This document shows positions 18,231 to 28,330 of a stretch of 56,870 nucleotides of DNA, in pieces. Below the pieces are notes generated by a model that saw only the letters and a program-made list of their open reading frames with translations, was not told the DNA's origin and ran no database searches. The first letter of the stretch is position 1, and each line of letters starts with the position of its first letter. Made by a program: the position numbers and the translations under genes. Location: assembly GCA_043754555.1 (NCBI GenBank), contig JAYUUM010000032.1, positions 1-56,870 on the forward strand. The letters run 5' to 3'. The stretch is from Arenimonas sp. (GTDB taxonomy: Bacteria > Pseudomonadota > Gammaproteobacteria > Xanthomonadales > Xanthomonadaceae).

Positions 18231-21165
18231 TGTTATCCGCCGTGATGGATGGATGCAAAGCACGTCTTACTTCGGCGATAAAACGACCGCGATTGAAACC
18301 GGCTTTCTCGATCACATGGATATCCACATCCGAATTACGAATAAGCATGGCGCGATCTAGCGCTGTAATATCCTTTGCGGTAACGACAAGAATCGGAATG
18401 TGCGAAGTCTCGGATTTTCTTTGAAGGGCTTGCACCACATCGAAGCCACTGACTTCCGGCATCATCAAGTCGAGCAAAATCAGGTCCGGCTTCAGCTGCT
18501 GGGCAAGCGTAATCGCCTCGCTGCCGCCATATGCGCGCACGACTGCATAATCAGGCATCGGCAACAGGCCGGCAATTACCTCGACCGCCTTGGGGTCATC
18601 ATCGACGACCAAGACAGTGTAAGTGCGCTCCCGTTTCGGCTGCAGTCCAAAGCTCGCCAATGAAGCCTTCAAATGAAGGCGACTAATCGGCTTTTGCAAC
18701 AAGGCGGCGGCACCGCCTCGCAGCGCCATATTGCAGTCGGGATTACCGGCGATCATTACCATGGGTACTTGAGCGAGCTTACTATCTTGCTGAATCTGTA
18801 ATAAAAAATCCCAGCTATCGGTGCCCGGCAATTCCAGATCCAGCGTAATCAGGCTCAGGGTTTCATTTGTTGCTAGTTCCATGGCTGCTTTAACGTCATT
18901 GGCACGCATGACGTTAAAGCCTTCGGCCTCAAGCAATACGCGAACGAGATCGGCAGCAATGTCATCGTTCTCGACTAACAGGGCGTAGCGATTGTTCTCC
19001 GCCGGCCGGGTGTCGAGAGGCAGCTCTGCTGACACGTTTTGCTGAGAACGGATGGGTAACCAGACTACAAAGCGAGCGCCTTCTCCCACTTTGCTCGCAA
19101 CGGCAGCGGTACCGCCGTGCAGTTCCGCCAATTGCTTCACCATCGCCAGCCCCAAGCCGGTACCTTCGAATTTGCGCGCCAGGCTGCTGTCGATTTGACT
19201 AAATGCCAGGAATAATTTCTTCATATCTTCTTTGGGAATGCCGATGCCGTCATCAATCACGCAAATTTCGAGAAATTCCTCATACTCACTCTGGGTCAAG
19301 GCAAAGGAATGAGTCGGCCAGTCGGCGTCCACGACACCCACCTCGCTTCGCGACACACGTCTGGCACGCAGCAGTACGCGTTCGCCATTGGCGCTGAATT
19401 TAACGGCATTGGATAGCAAGTTGTAAACAATCTGCTTGGTCTTGCGCAAATCGAGCAGAGGCAGACCCAGGTCTTCGTTTATGTCTAGATCCAGATGAAT
19501 GCCGCGAGCAACGGCTTTTTCTCTGACGATAGACAAACTGTTGGTTAGCAGACTCTTCAGGTCACTTTCCTCCAGCTCCAGCGTCATCATGCCGGCTTCC
19601 ACTTTTGACAGATCCAGAATGTCGTTGATCAGCGACAACAAGTGTTGCCCGCTGGTGAAAATATCACCAATGTATTCGTTCTGGATTTCATTCATCGGGC
19701 CCATCAGGCCATCTTTGAGCGCTTCGGAAAATCCGATAATGGCATTCAAAGGTGTCCGCAACTCGTGCGACATCGTGGCAAGAAACTCCGACTTCATGCG
19801 GCTGGCATGCTCGAGCTCGATATTTTTTTCCTGCAGGGCATGTTCGAAAAGCTTGCGTTCAGTCACATCGCGCGCGGCGGCAAATACGCCCTGCAGCTTG
19901 CGATCACGATCGTGAAATGTCGCGGCATTGTAGGACACGACGGTTTCATCGCCATTGAGCGCTCTCACAGTGAGCTCGTAGTTGCTGACTTTGTTTTCGG
20001 TCAGCACCCGTTTAATTGCGGCTTCTGCGCGCTCGGGGTCGGTAAAGAAGTTCTTGCAGGGCGCGCCGATCAGCTCGTCACGGGTGCGTCCGGTCAGCGC
20101 GATCATCTGCTGGTTGACGTCGGTGATAATGCCCTGCGGGTTGGTCGTCATCAGCGCGTCAATGTTCGATTCGATCAGGGAGCGGGTATAAAACTGCTGG
20201 TCCCGCAGCCGTTGATCCAGCATGGCCTGGGCAGCCTCGACCTGCTTGCGTGCAGTGTTATCGGTGCCGATCAGCAAATAGCCGATGATGTCTTCCTGCG
20301 CATCGCGCAAGGCCGTTACCGACACGATGGCCGGGAACCGGCTGCCGTCTTTGCGGATATAGGTGAGTTCGTAAATATCTTCGATGCCACGCGAGGCTTT
20401 AAACACCAGCGCCTCAAAACCCGGCGTAATCGGCGTGTCCAATTCCACGCTTAAGGCTGCTGCGCGTGCAATGACTTCCAAGGAATCGGAAATGTCGGCC
20501 GGGGTAATCTTGTTCATGACTTCAGCAGCGGTGTAGCCGAGCATGCGTTCGGCGCCGACATTGAAAATCTGGATAACGCCCTTGGCGTCGGTCGCAATAC
20601 TCGAGAAATTGGCGCTGTTGAAGATCGCATTCTGCAATGCGCCTGCTTTGAGCAGTGCGGCTTCTGCCTGCTTGCGTGCCGTATTATCGGTGCCGATCAA
20701 CAAATAGCCGATGATGTCTTCTTGTGCATCACGCAAGGCCGTTACCGACACGATGGCCGGAAACCGGCTGCCGTCTTTGCGGATATAGCTGAGCTCGTAA
20801 ATATCTTCGATGCCACGCGAGGCTTTAAATACCAGTGCCTCAAAACCCGGCGTAATTGGCGTGTCCAATTCCAGACTTAAGGCTGCTGCCCGTGCGATGA
20901 CTTCCTGCGGATCGGAAATATCGGCCGGGGTGATTTTATTTGTGACTTCGGCGGCGGTGTAGCCGAGCATGCGTTCTGCACCGACATTGAAAATCTGAAT
21001 GACGCCCTTGGCGTCGGTCGCGATACTCGAGAAATTGGCACTGTTGAAGATCGCATCCTGCAATGCACCAGTCTGAAGCAGAGCTTCCTGACGACGAAAT
21101 TCCAGGCTGCCCTCCGCGCCGGGTTGTTTCTCGCCTACATCGTTGCTTGGAGTAATCTTCGACAT
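18223..21165 (-). CDS. Hybrid sensor histidine kinase PAS-PAS-PAS-HisKA-HATPase-REC-REC
   Basis: MSHELRTPLNAI, NLLSNAVKF, DDGIGI, GTGLGL and two C-terminal receivers; no TM seen. Confidence 0.93.
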   Translation of the reverse strand: MSKITPSNDVGEKQPGAEGSLEFRRQEALLQTGALQDAIFNSANFSSIATDAKGVIQIFNVGAERMLGYTAAEVTNKITPADISDPQEVIARAAALSLELDTPITPGFEALVFKASRGIEDIYELSYIRKDGSRFPAIVSVTALRDAQEDIIGYLLIGTDNTARKQAEAALLKAGALQNAIFNSANFSSIATDAKGVIQIFNVGAERMLGYTAAEVMNKITPADISDSLEVIARAAALSVELDTPITPGFEALVFKASRGIEDIYELTYIRKDGSRFPAIVSVTALRDAQEDIIGYLLIGTDNTARKQVEAAQAMLDQRLRDQQFYTRSLIESNIDALMTTNPQGIITDVNQQMIALTGRTRDELIGAPCKNFFTDPERAEAAIKRVLTENKVSNYELTVRALNGDETVVSYNAATFHDRDRKLQGVFAAARDVTERKLFEHALQEKNIELEHASRMKSEFLATMSHELRTPLNAIIGFSEALKDGLMGPMNEIQNEYIGDIFTSGQHLLSLINDILDLSKVEAGMMTLELEESDLKSLLTNSLSIVREKAVARGIHLDLDINEDLGLPLLDLRKTKQIVYNLLSNAVKFSANGERVLLRARRVSRSEVGVVDADWPTHSFALTQSEYEEFLEICVIDDGIGIPKEDMKKLFLAFSQIDSSLARKFEGTGLGLAMVKQLAELHGGTAAVASKVGEGARFVVWLPIRSQQNVSAELPLDTRPAENNRYALLVENDDIAADLVRVLLEAEGFNVMRANDVKAAMELATNETLSLITLDLELPGTDSWDFLLQIQQDSKLAQVPMVMIAGNPDCNMALRGGAAALLQKPISRLHLKASLASFGLQPKRERTYTVLVVDDDPKAVEVIAGLLPMPDYAVVRAYGGSEAITLAQQLKPDLILLDLMMPEVSGFDVVQALQRKSETSHIPILVVTAKDITALDRAMLIRNSDVDIHVIEKAGFNRGRFIAEVRRALHPSITADNNG
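20241..21069 (-). repeat. Intragenic 426-bp tandem duplication (PAS/PAC unit)
   Basis: 20241-20643 and 20667-21069 are nearly identical in DNA and protein (GALQ(D/N)AIFNSANFSSIATD...IGTDNTARKQ twice). Confidence 0.92.
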
Positions 21166-21573
21166 ACATCCCCCTGCATGGTCGCTCACCAAACTCAGGC
21201 GGCACGCACCGGGAGTGCCCCCATATGTTCACTTGAGTAGCGCCTTCTAGCGCGTTTATAGGTAAGGTATCAGACATTGGTATGTTCGGTACCGAACGTA
21301 TGCAGCCGTGCAGAAAAATAGCGATGCTCATTTAAGTGAGGCTTTCACGGCGATACTACTCTTTCCAGTGGCGAACAGAAGTAAATCGTTTCGCGGTGAA
21401 CAAAGTCAGACTTTACCTGGTCGCCACAAGCGCCAAGAACCCCATTCAGGTGAGCCAATTCAATAGTTTGGCCGATTCAAGTGCAGTGACTGTGCATGCC
21501 ATAGCGAATGGAGTATGCATGCGCAAACTCGCTTCCCGCGGATCAGCGCCCACGCAGGGTTTGCCGGGATTAC

Positions 21574-22857
21574 TTAGTGATTAGGAAGCGTAATTTGCGT
21601 GGGGCAATGGTCCGACAGGGCCAAGGTTACATTGGCCATCCCCTTGTCATTCATCGTTACGCTCGATACGCCCGGTGACAGGGCCACTTTCACGGCTTGC
21701 TGAGTTACGTCGCCGGCATTCCAGCTATCGCTGACTAACATATGATCCAGCGCCACCGGATAGCTGCAGCCCATTGCCGCTGAGAGAGTTTTCATTTCGG
21801 GCGAAGACAAGCGGCGCTGCTTGGCATCCTTGCACAATCCAGCAGCTGCATCACTGATCGTACAGTTTGCCGATACCAAGGTCATCGCCGATGCCGCCGG
21901 TAAAGCGTCATTTACTTCGGGCAGCAAAAGACGAACGCGCGCTTCAGCTTTGTGGGGGCTCTGGGGTGAGCTGTTATCTACGCGTGCTGTGTGTGTTTTC
22001 GCTCTTTCCAATTCATGCCAAAGATCACGATTGAAATCGCCGATTACCACATAGCGATCGAAATCTTGTGATGTCTGTTCGATCCAGCTTTCCAACGGTT
22101 GAATCTGCTGCTGCAAGATCAGGCAATCACGTTGCTCGCTTTCAAGCTGGCCACGCAGTTGCTCGTTTTTTTCCAAAGGCGAGACGCAACTACTTTTAAG
22201 ATGCACATTTAGAAAGGCGGTTTTCTTGCCACTAATATCGAGTGCAAGTCGAAGCCCCGGACGCGGGTGACGTTGTTCGCTGCTTTGGGGTAATGATAAG
22301 GCGTCGTATTTCTCACAAACCCCTTTTGATTTGGTGAGAGATTTTTTCCACGCAAAAGCAAGTCGTTGCACCGAATAACCTTTGTATGAACAGACCTGAT
22401 ACTGGTTTGCCGATTTTCCTAGAGCTTCCTTTATCGCGGCTTCGCCGGATACTTCCTGAAATGCAATAACGTCGGGCTCCATTTCCGCTAGGGTTTTAGC
22501 TAACTGCTGCATACGTTTTCTAAAGGCTGCCTGAGTAACGGGAATGACTTTTCTGTCATCGCCTTCGTACACATTACACGGCGGCAATGTTTCAACACTC
22601 CAGGGCAATTTGATATCGACATCTCTCGTTCGCCAATCCATTTCCCAGCCCGACTTGGCTTGTCTATTTGTCGTTCTTTTCCACGCCTTGTTTTGATCAA
22701 GTTCGTAGCGTGCATCGCAACCGTAAATCCAGCTTTTCGCCTCGCCCTGGCTTAAATGCCAGCCAAGATTCCAGCTGACCAGTTTTAAATCGGCGGCCCT
22801 GCATTGACCCGAAATGACGATCAAACTCGCTAACAAAATCAAACCAAATCGATTCAT
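21574..22857 (-). CDS. Secreted endonuclease/exonuclease/phosphatase (EEP) family protein
   Basis: Signal peptide; SWNL, DVIAFQEV, VHLKS, GDFN, LDH and SDHCP motifs. Confidence 0.88.
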   Translation of the reverse strand: MNRFGLILLASLIVISGQCRAADLKLVSWNLGWHLSQGEAKSWIYGCDARYELDQNKAWKRTTNRQAKSGWEMDWRTRDVDIKLPWSVETLPPCNVYEGDDRKVIPVTQAAFRKRMQQLAKTLAEMEPDVIAFQEVSGEAAIKEALGKSANQYQVCSYKGYSVQRLAFAWKKSLTKSKGVCEKYDALSLPQSSEQRHPRPGLRLALDISGKKTAFLNVHLKSSCVSPLEKNEQLRGQLESEQRDCLILQQQIQPLESWIEQTSQDFDRYVVIGDFNRDLWHELERAKTHTARVDNSSPQSPHKAEARVRLLLPEVNDALPAASAMTLVSANCTISDAAAGLCKDAKQRRLSSPEMKTLSAAMGCSYPVALDHMLVSDSWNAGDVTQQAVKVALSPGVSSVTMNDKGMANVTLALSDHCPTQITLPNH

Positions 22858-23195
22858 CACCAATGCGTCCCCAAATTTCAAGGTTCCAAAATAACACTTG
22901 AAGCGACTTTTAGAATGACGTTTTCGTCATGGTGACGGGGAAGAGGACGCAAGCTTGGCGCAAGACCTTCCGGGCAAGCTGCCAAACTTTGATGAAATCT
23001 TCGAGCGGGTCGCAGCATATTATCGTGGGCTTCCATGGTCGCCAGCAGACAAAGAACAAGCACAATCCACAGATTGAAATGTAAGCGAGGGACACGCTCC
23101 AAGTGTCGGTTCGGGCATGTCCGAATACAATCTCCAAACCAAAGATGAGCGTCATAACATCCACAGTCTGACTAGAGTGGCCGCAACATCAGTGA

Positions 23196-23639
23196 CTATT
23201 CGTTAAATAAATCCAACGGAAATCTATAGGAAACCACATTGGGGCACTCTGGGAACTCACAAAAAGCATGAAGGCTATCTTCAATCTCGAGCAAAAAATC
23301 CCGCCCCGTTGTTGTCAAGAACCAATCGGCGGAAGTCTTTGTTTGCTTATTATATCTGTAGGATGATGGAACGCCTTTTTCTGGGTTTTGAATACACCAG
23401 ATAATATTGGCAGTAGACACACTTTTCAGCTCATGCCTGACAACTTGAATCTCCTTCAACGCTTCTCTTGTATTCGTCGGATACAGCTTTCCCAAATAGA
23501 TCTGATTGAATAAAATCGGAAATCTTGTCCCCCATCCATTCGGTTCTAAATTGTGACTCACGGTTGAAAATAGCGCATGCAATATTTCTCGTACTTTTAT
23601 CTCACTATTTTTAGCATCAGGCCCTGGAATCACAAACAT
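23196..23639 (-). CDS. Imm70-like polymorphic-toxin immunity protein (orphan)
   Basis: LFSTVSHNLEPNGWGTRFPILFNQIYLGKL matches my recollection of the Imm70 signature; AT-rich DNA. Confidence 0.65.
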   Translation of the reverse strand: MFVIPGPDAKNSEIKVREILHALFSTVSHNLEPNGWGTRFPILFNQIYLGKLYPTNTREALKEIQVVRHELKSVSTANIIWCIQNPEKGVPSSYRYNKQTKTSADWFLTTTGRDFLLEIEDSLHAFCEFPECPNVVSYRFPLDLFNE

Positions 23640-24164
23640 TGTATAAATTTCCCCAAGCTGTATTGAACAACATTTACCACCGCGTCGCGCACAACTTGGA
23701 ACTCATGATTACCATTTCTGCGAGAAAAAGTAACCGAGTAGAATTTTTATTGCCCACTATAGATGTCCGTCTATTTCCACTTAAAGGAAATAGATACTCA
23801 TGATTCTTCACCCTGGCGCGCCCCATGAAATAGCAACATCAGTGCTTTCTTTATTGAATACTTATGACAATGCGAACCTACTGAAATCTATCGTTGTAAT
23901 ATTGGCTCTAGAAGCTGCTACTTCTGACAGGTGCATTTGGTAATCTCCGGCGTTTATCAGCGGAAGACCGGATATCAGCAAATCTGGCAATTCATGCTTT
24001 TTGCGGATTCCTAGTAACTTATTGCCGGCTGCAATCATGCTGAGCCACTTTAATGACGCCCCTCTTCCGTATCTGCTGACCTCACCTCAGCACGGCACAT
24101 TGCTGTACCGCAAGCAGGTCGTTCAATCCAGTGCGTTTTAGCCACAGCAACCCCAACGCACTAC

Positions 24165-24180
24165 CTGTCATTTATGACAG
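24165..24180. promoter_or_regulatory. Palindrome CTGTCA-N4-TGACAG (perfect copy)
   Basis: ctgtca-ttta-tgacag; a weaker copy lies at 23915-23930. Confidence 0.55.
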
Positions 24181-24307
24181 TGCCCTTCTGTACTTCATCG
24201 ATTTACTATCCACCTGTAAGGTGTCGCAGAGCTTTTGTCACCTTTATCCTTTGTTTCTTCTTTTGAGCAGCTTTTTTGCTAACCTAAATCGCAGATGAGA
24301 TTCATTT

Positions 24308-24739
24308 ATGAGCTGCCTAAAATCAATTGGTTTCATACTTTTCTGCTTCGTATCATCTGCCTCCCTCTCTCAAGAACTTGTTGAAAGCAAGCCCTACACT
24401 ATTTCGGTTTGGTTAGATGTAGCCTTTGATGAAAATGCGAAAATAAAAAGCATCGCTGTAGTCGATAAAGAGAAGTTTTCCGAACCCTTCGTGCTCGGCG
24501 TAACAAATAAGGTATCGAAGACAGCTTTTGTAACTCCTGATAACTCAGCGTCGTTTAAGACACTTGAAACGGGATTAAAAACGACTATCGAAATCAACCC
24601 GACTAATTCTGATGCTCGATTTATTTCAGAAGAAACCATGCCGCGCCCTAGCCAGGCTGAAAACCTAGGCGAGCCCGAAGTACGTATTCGCGGTGAATGG
24701 AATGGACGTGTGTTTGTTAGGTGGATCACTCACTATTAG
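24308..24739 (+). pseudogene. Exported protein, possibly TonB-C-like, apparently 3'-truncated
   Basis: Signal peptide; ends soon after a GEWNGRVFVR segment, at a GTTAGGT motif (24716-24722). Confidence 0.4.
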
Positions 24740-24871
24740 TGCGTTACGCGAGTTTTTACCGACCACATTTGGGATGCATTTCGGATGCATTCAGCAAACC
24801 GCCTTTTTACAAACCGAAAGCGCTATTGATTGGTTTTTGGTGGCCTTATTCTTATTAAAGCCAAATAACGG

Positions 24872-24890
24872 GATTAAAGAGTTGTTAGCC
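24872..24890 (+). other. attI-like simple site heading array 2
   Basis: GATTAAA-GAGTT-GTTAGCC has the L, 5-bp spacer, R geometry of attI1; no upstream attC arm; gttagcc matches ggctaac ending the first cassette. Confidence 0.55.
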
Positions 24891-24908
24891 CTTCAAGGAG
24901 AAATTTAA

Positions 24909-25265
24909 ATGATGTTCAGTAGAGCAACTAAGGCCGCGCTTTTGGCGGTCCTTCTGGCGATGGCAAGTACCGTAGTTGCAGCAAAGGGCAAGTTGGGCTT
25001 TGCAACTGAGGCCACATCATCTGGCCTCATCAGTCCCGTGCTTGAGCGCTTGAAGGTAGCAAAGGTTCGGCCAGGGTCACCCGCTGCCGCTGCGGGGTTG
25101 CTGCCTGGCGACCTCATCACGGAGATTAATGGACGTCCTGTAGTCGGAGCACCTGCGAGGGAAATGGCTGGTGAGTTCAAGAACATGCAAGTCGGTCAAA
25201 AACTTCGACTCAAGGTCAAGCGAGGGGGTGGGTTCGTAAGCATTGAAATTGTGGCGGGCTCGTGA
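24909..25265 (+). CDS. Exported PDZ-domain protein (cassette)
   Basis: Signal peptide; GKLGF and VRPGSPAAAAGLLPGDLITEING; AGGAG RBS. Confidence 0.88.
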   Translation: MMFSRATKAALLAVLLAMASTVVAAKGKLGFATEATSSGLISPVLERLKVAKVRPGSPAAAAGLLPGDLITEINGRPVVGAPAREMAGEFKNMQVGQKLRLKVKRGGGFVSIEIVAGS

Positions 25266-25267
25266 AT

Positions 25268-25357
25268 GGCTAACTACGCAGTCAAGGTGTCCGCCTTGAA
25301 AATACTGGTTTCAAGCTTTGCATCCGGTGCGTCGGCCCCTTATTTTGGTTGTTAGGC
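25268..25357 (+). repeat. attC site, 90-bp subtype
   Basis: ggctaac...gttaggc. Confidence 0.92.
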
Positions 25358-25381
25358 TTCTCGAAAGAATGCGAGGTGATC

Positions 25382-25861
25382 ATGCTTACAATTAGGCCTG
25401 CTCGAATTGAGGAAATTCCTGCGCTGCGGGAGCTGAGAAATCGCGCCGCCTGGGCTGGCTGTGCTAACTGCTATTCCCATGAACAACTTTCATTGTGGTT
25501 GGCGGGCCCGCTTCCTGACAGGTTCGCCGCGCTTGTCGCTGATGGAACGGCTTTCGTTGCTCAAGACGGCGAAAACTTGTTGGGCTACGGAGCATTAAAT
25601 ATCGGTGCAAATGAAGTAGAAGCTGTCTTTGTCGACCCGACTACCACTGGACGCGGTTTGGGAGGTTCTTTACTGAGAGAGATCGAAACAGTGGCGCAAG
25701 CTAATGCACTGGGTCATCTCGAGCTTTCATCATCGCTCAATGCAGTATCGTTTTATGCAGCTGCCGGCTACAAAGAAATAAGGCGAGAGGACTACGAACT
25801 TGCGAATGGTATTGTGCTGGCGTCGGTTCTCATGCGCAAAGAACTGCCAACAGCAGCCTAA
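25382..25861 (+). CDS. GNAT N-acetyltransferase (cassette)
   Basis: FVDPTTTGRGLGGSLL and NAVSFYAAAGY; GAGGTG RBS; stop lies within the R'' box. Confidence 0.9.
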   Translation: MLTIRPARIEEIPALRELRNRAAWAGCANCYSHEQLSLWLAGPLPDRFAALVADGTAFVAQDGENLLGYGALNIGANEVEAVFVDPTTTGRGLGGSLLREIETVAQANALGHLELSSSLNAVSFYAAAGYKEIRREDYELANGIVLASVLMRKELPTAA

Positions 25862-25945
25862 CTACGCAATCAAGGTGACCTCCGCGGGTACATTGTTTCA
25901 AAGTTTTGCATTCGGTGCGTTGGCACCGTATTTTGGTTGTTAGGC
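25856..25945 (+). repeat. attC site, 90-bp subtype
   Basis: gcctaac...gttaggc. Confidence 0.92.
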
Positions 25946-25948
25946 CGC

Positions 25949-26444
25949 ATGAAAATTCTCGTTTATGGAAATTCAGGCTCCGGCAAAAGCACCTACGCTA
26001 AGGCGTTGGCGGCTAAACACGGATTGTCACTCCTAGATCTTGATTCAATTGTCTGGGAGCCGGGAAAGATCGCTGTGCAACGCGATCCACAATCAATCGC
26101 AGATTCGCTCATGAATTTTGTTTCAACCAATCGTATGTGGGTAATTGAGGGTTGCTACGGCGAGCTCGTAGAGTGCGCCACAACGCACTGCACAGAGCTT
26201 GTGTTCCTCAACCCTAGGCCGAGAGGTTTGCATTGCAAACAATCTTAGCCGTCCTTGGGAGCCTCACAAATACGCCTCACTAGAACAACAGAACTCCATG
26301 CTAGCCACACTCCAGTGTTGGGTAGCTGACTACTACATCCGTGAAGACGCTTGGTCGTACAAGACGCATCGTCGCATCTTCGATAACTACCGAGGTTCAA
26401 AGGTAGAACACACCGCCATTACACAAGTCGCCAGTGCGGCCTAA
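25949..26444 (+). pseudogene. P-loop (shikimate/adenylate kinase-like) protein with a +1 frameshift
   Basis: GNSGSGKS and IEGCYG; the C-terminus (RPWEPHKY...) is in another frame; removing A26216 joins FLNP to GREVC. Confidence 0.82.
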
Positions 26445-26485
26445 CTACGCAATCAAGTGACTTCCGCACATAAATTGCATTCAAT
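26439..26485 (+). repeat. Truncated attC (left arm only)
   Basis: gcctaactacgcaatcaagtgacttccg...attcaa followed by unrelated DNA; no right arm. Confidence 0.8.
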
Positions 26486-26636
26486 CATTATGAAACAGCC
26501 AGAGATGCTGGCTAGTGAGCTGACACAAGACTTTTGGCGAGCTGTTTGGCGAGGGGCTGCGACTCATCCTGGAAGTGTAATTATTGGCTTACAGCACAAG
26601 GTCCGCAACCTATAAAGCCAACCTTACTTACATTTC

Positions 26637-26845
26637 CGATTTAAAATTTTTAGTCGCAAACTGATCCATCACAATTCGCAGTCCGTCTAACAAAAGACTG
26701 GAAGCGCGCCACGTGAAATTGACCTAGCGCCGATTGGTACCTGTCAAAAATGACACTAAATTTACAGATATCGCCAGTTACAATAGATTACAAGTGAAAG
26801 GTACTTTTACATAACCCTACTTTTTGGGTTAACCGCTGGTTAGGT
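26637..26845 (+). repeat. Duplicated ~210-bp attI-like element, copy 1
   Basis: Homologous to 29298-29506; ends GGTTAAC-CGCTG-GTTAGGT; contains CTGTCA-AAAA-TGACAC (26741-26756). Confidence 0.75.
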
Positions 26846-26851
26846 TCATTT

Positions 26852-27253
26852 ATGAATAAAAGTACGATACTTAAGAAAAAACTGCTCTCACAGCATCTGC
26901 TGCAGGTTGCAGACGATGCCGTAACAAATGAGAGTCTCATAAATATCTTATGGAGTTTTCGTCAGGGGGAAACCCTTGCCCTTACGGCGGAGACGCTCCC
27001 ATCACTACCACTAGAACGTTATGGTCTGGAGTACACCGTTACACGCGGACCAAAGCCGGACCATTGGCTTCGCAGGAATTTCAATCCAGCCGAACTGGTA
27101 CTTTTGTTTGCTGCAAAAGAGGACGAATCGATTGCTCATTCTTGGCTTCTTTTCAACGATGAATCTAACGACGCAATCAAGAGGACCTCCGTGGAAACAT
27201 TAGATTCATCCGAACCGTCATCCGGCGCGTCGGTTCCTTATGTTTGTTGTTAG
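26852..27253 (+). CDS. Hypothetical cassette protein reading through its attC
   Basis: ATG just after GTTAGGT; the last ~28 codons are attC-derived, so the true end is uncertain. Confidence 0.55.
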   Translation: MNKSTILKKKLLSQHLLQVADDAVTNESLINILWSFRQGETLALTAETLPSLPLERYGLEYTVTRGPKPDHWLRRNFNPAELVLLFAAKEDESIAHSWLLFNDESNDAIKRTSVETLDSSEPSSGASVPYVCC

Positions 27254-27255
27254 AT
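27163..27255 (+). repeat. attC site, 93-bp subtype
   Basis: atctaac...gttagat; tgaatctaac pairs with gttaggttca (26839) with one G:T. Confidence 0.9.
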
Positions 27256-27259
27256 GCCA

Positions 27260-27742
27260 ATGAAAGCTATCACGATATTGTTTGCAGTCTGGTTACTTTC
27301 GCTAGCCGCGTCCACAACGTCGGCCAGTCCGAAAAGTGAACTTAGGACACAAACTGAGCGGCTTGCGGTACTGCTTTCGGACGGCTATGAAACGTTTGAT
27401 CCTCACAGCTTTGCGACTAAGAGCTCAAGGAACTCTAAATACATTGCCGTGTTTTTCACTTTGAGAGGCCAAGCCAAAGGAAACGGCAGTTTGCAGTATC
27501 TTGCTTTCTTCGTCAGAAACGAGGAACTTGACCCGACGCCATCGAACCCGTCGAGTCATCGACTAGGCGCTTTTTCTAATATTGGTGCAAGAGGTGAGCG
27601 GCACTTCGACTTACATACGGCAATTATCTCCGGCGACACCGTCACAGTTAAGGGCATGGCACTAGGGTCGAATGACGCAATGTGCTGCCCTTCTATCCCG
27701 TTGCAAAGCACGTTCTCTATCCCACAGCGGTACACTGGTTGA
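27260..27742 (+). CDS. Exported cassette protein with DxxCCPS motif
   Basis: Signal peptide; NDAMCCPS near the C-terminus. Confidence 0.7.
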   Translation: MKAITILFAVWLLSLAASTTSASPKSELRTQTERLAVLLSDGYETFDPHSFATKSSRNSKYIAVFFTLRGQAKGNGSLQYLAFFVRNEELDPTPSNPSSHRLGAFSNIGARGERHFDLHTAIISGDTVTVKGMALGSNDAMCCPSIPLQSTFSIPQRYTG

Positions 27743-27755
27743 ACGTCGTGTAGGC

Positions 27756-27848
27756 ATCTAAACAAGCAATCAAGGGCACCTCCGTGGAAACATGGCATTC
27801 AAGTGAATCATTATCAGACGCTTCTACTCTTTATTTTGGCTGTTAGGT
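27756..27848 (+). repeat. Decayed attC, 93-bp subtype
   Basis: R'' AAC changed to AAA; many right-arm substitutions; ends gttaggt. Confidence 0.82.
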
Positions 27849-27856
27849 GCCACGCG

Positions 27857-28327
27857 ATGGTCATGCGCACTCTGTCTCTACTCCTTGCCGCATCAGCCAC
27901 AGCACTGGCAGTTAGCTCGTCTGTAGCAAATAAGCCGCCGGGGGCATCGCTGTCCTGCGTTTTTCCGGACGGATGTGGCTGTTCGATTAAGATCGCCCAG
28001 AGCACCTGCCCTGGAGGGCAGACCCACTTCTTTCACGAGCTGCGGGACAGCTCTCCGCTCCACTTCAATTTGGGGCACGGTGATATTTCTGCATCCTCCA
28101 CTCGAGTTCCGACCGGAATGTTCACTCCCGCGCCTGGGGAATCATGGGTCGAGACCTATCGCTACACTGGCGGCCAAGTTGAGATTTATTATTCGCCTGG
28201 TGTCGACACCTGCACCAAGATCGCGTCAGACGATGGTTGCGAGTACTTTGATGTTCGCGCCAAGGTAATTTTGCTTACCCCATCGGGCTCAACCAGCTAT
28301 TCGGGAGTGGGCTCATGTGGCTGCTAA
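27857..28327 (+). CDS. Cys-rich exported cassette protein
   Basis: Signal peptide; GCGC near the start and SCGC at the C-terminus. Confidence 0.72.
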   Translation: MVMRTLSLLLAASATALAVSSSVANKPPGASLSCVFPDGCGCSIKIAQSTCPGGQTHFFHELRDSSPLHFNLGHGDISASSTRVPTGMFTPAPGESWVETYRYTGGQVEIYYSPGVDTCTKIASDDGCEYFDVRAKVILLTPSGSTSYSGVGSCGC

Positions 28328-28330
28328 TGG

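Noticed and set aside
21214-21233. agtgcccccatatgttcact as a second FabR/DesT operator
   Set aside because: Only one half-site matches and the spacing is off by 2 bp; probably chance.
22878-23164. Two short overlapping minus-strand ORFs upstream of the EEP gene
   Set aside because: No recognisable motifs; probably debris or spurious.
24717-24737. Minus-strand GTG AGT GAT CCA CCT as a remnant intI start
   Set aside because: Five codons are not diagnostic and no integrase motif follows.
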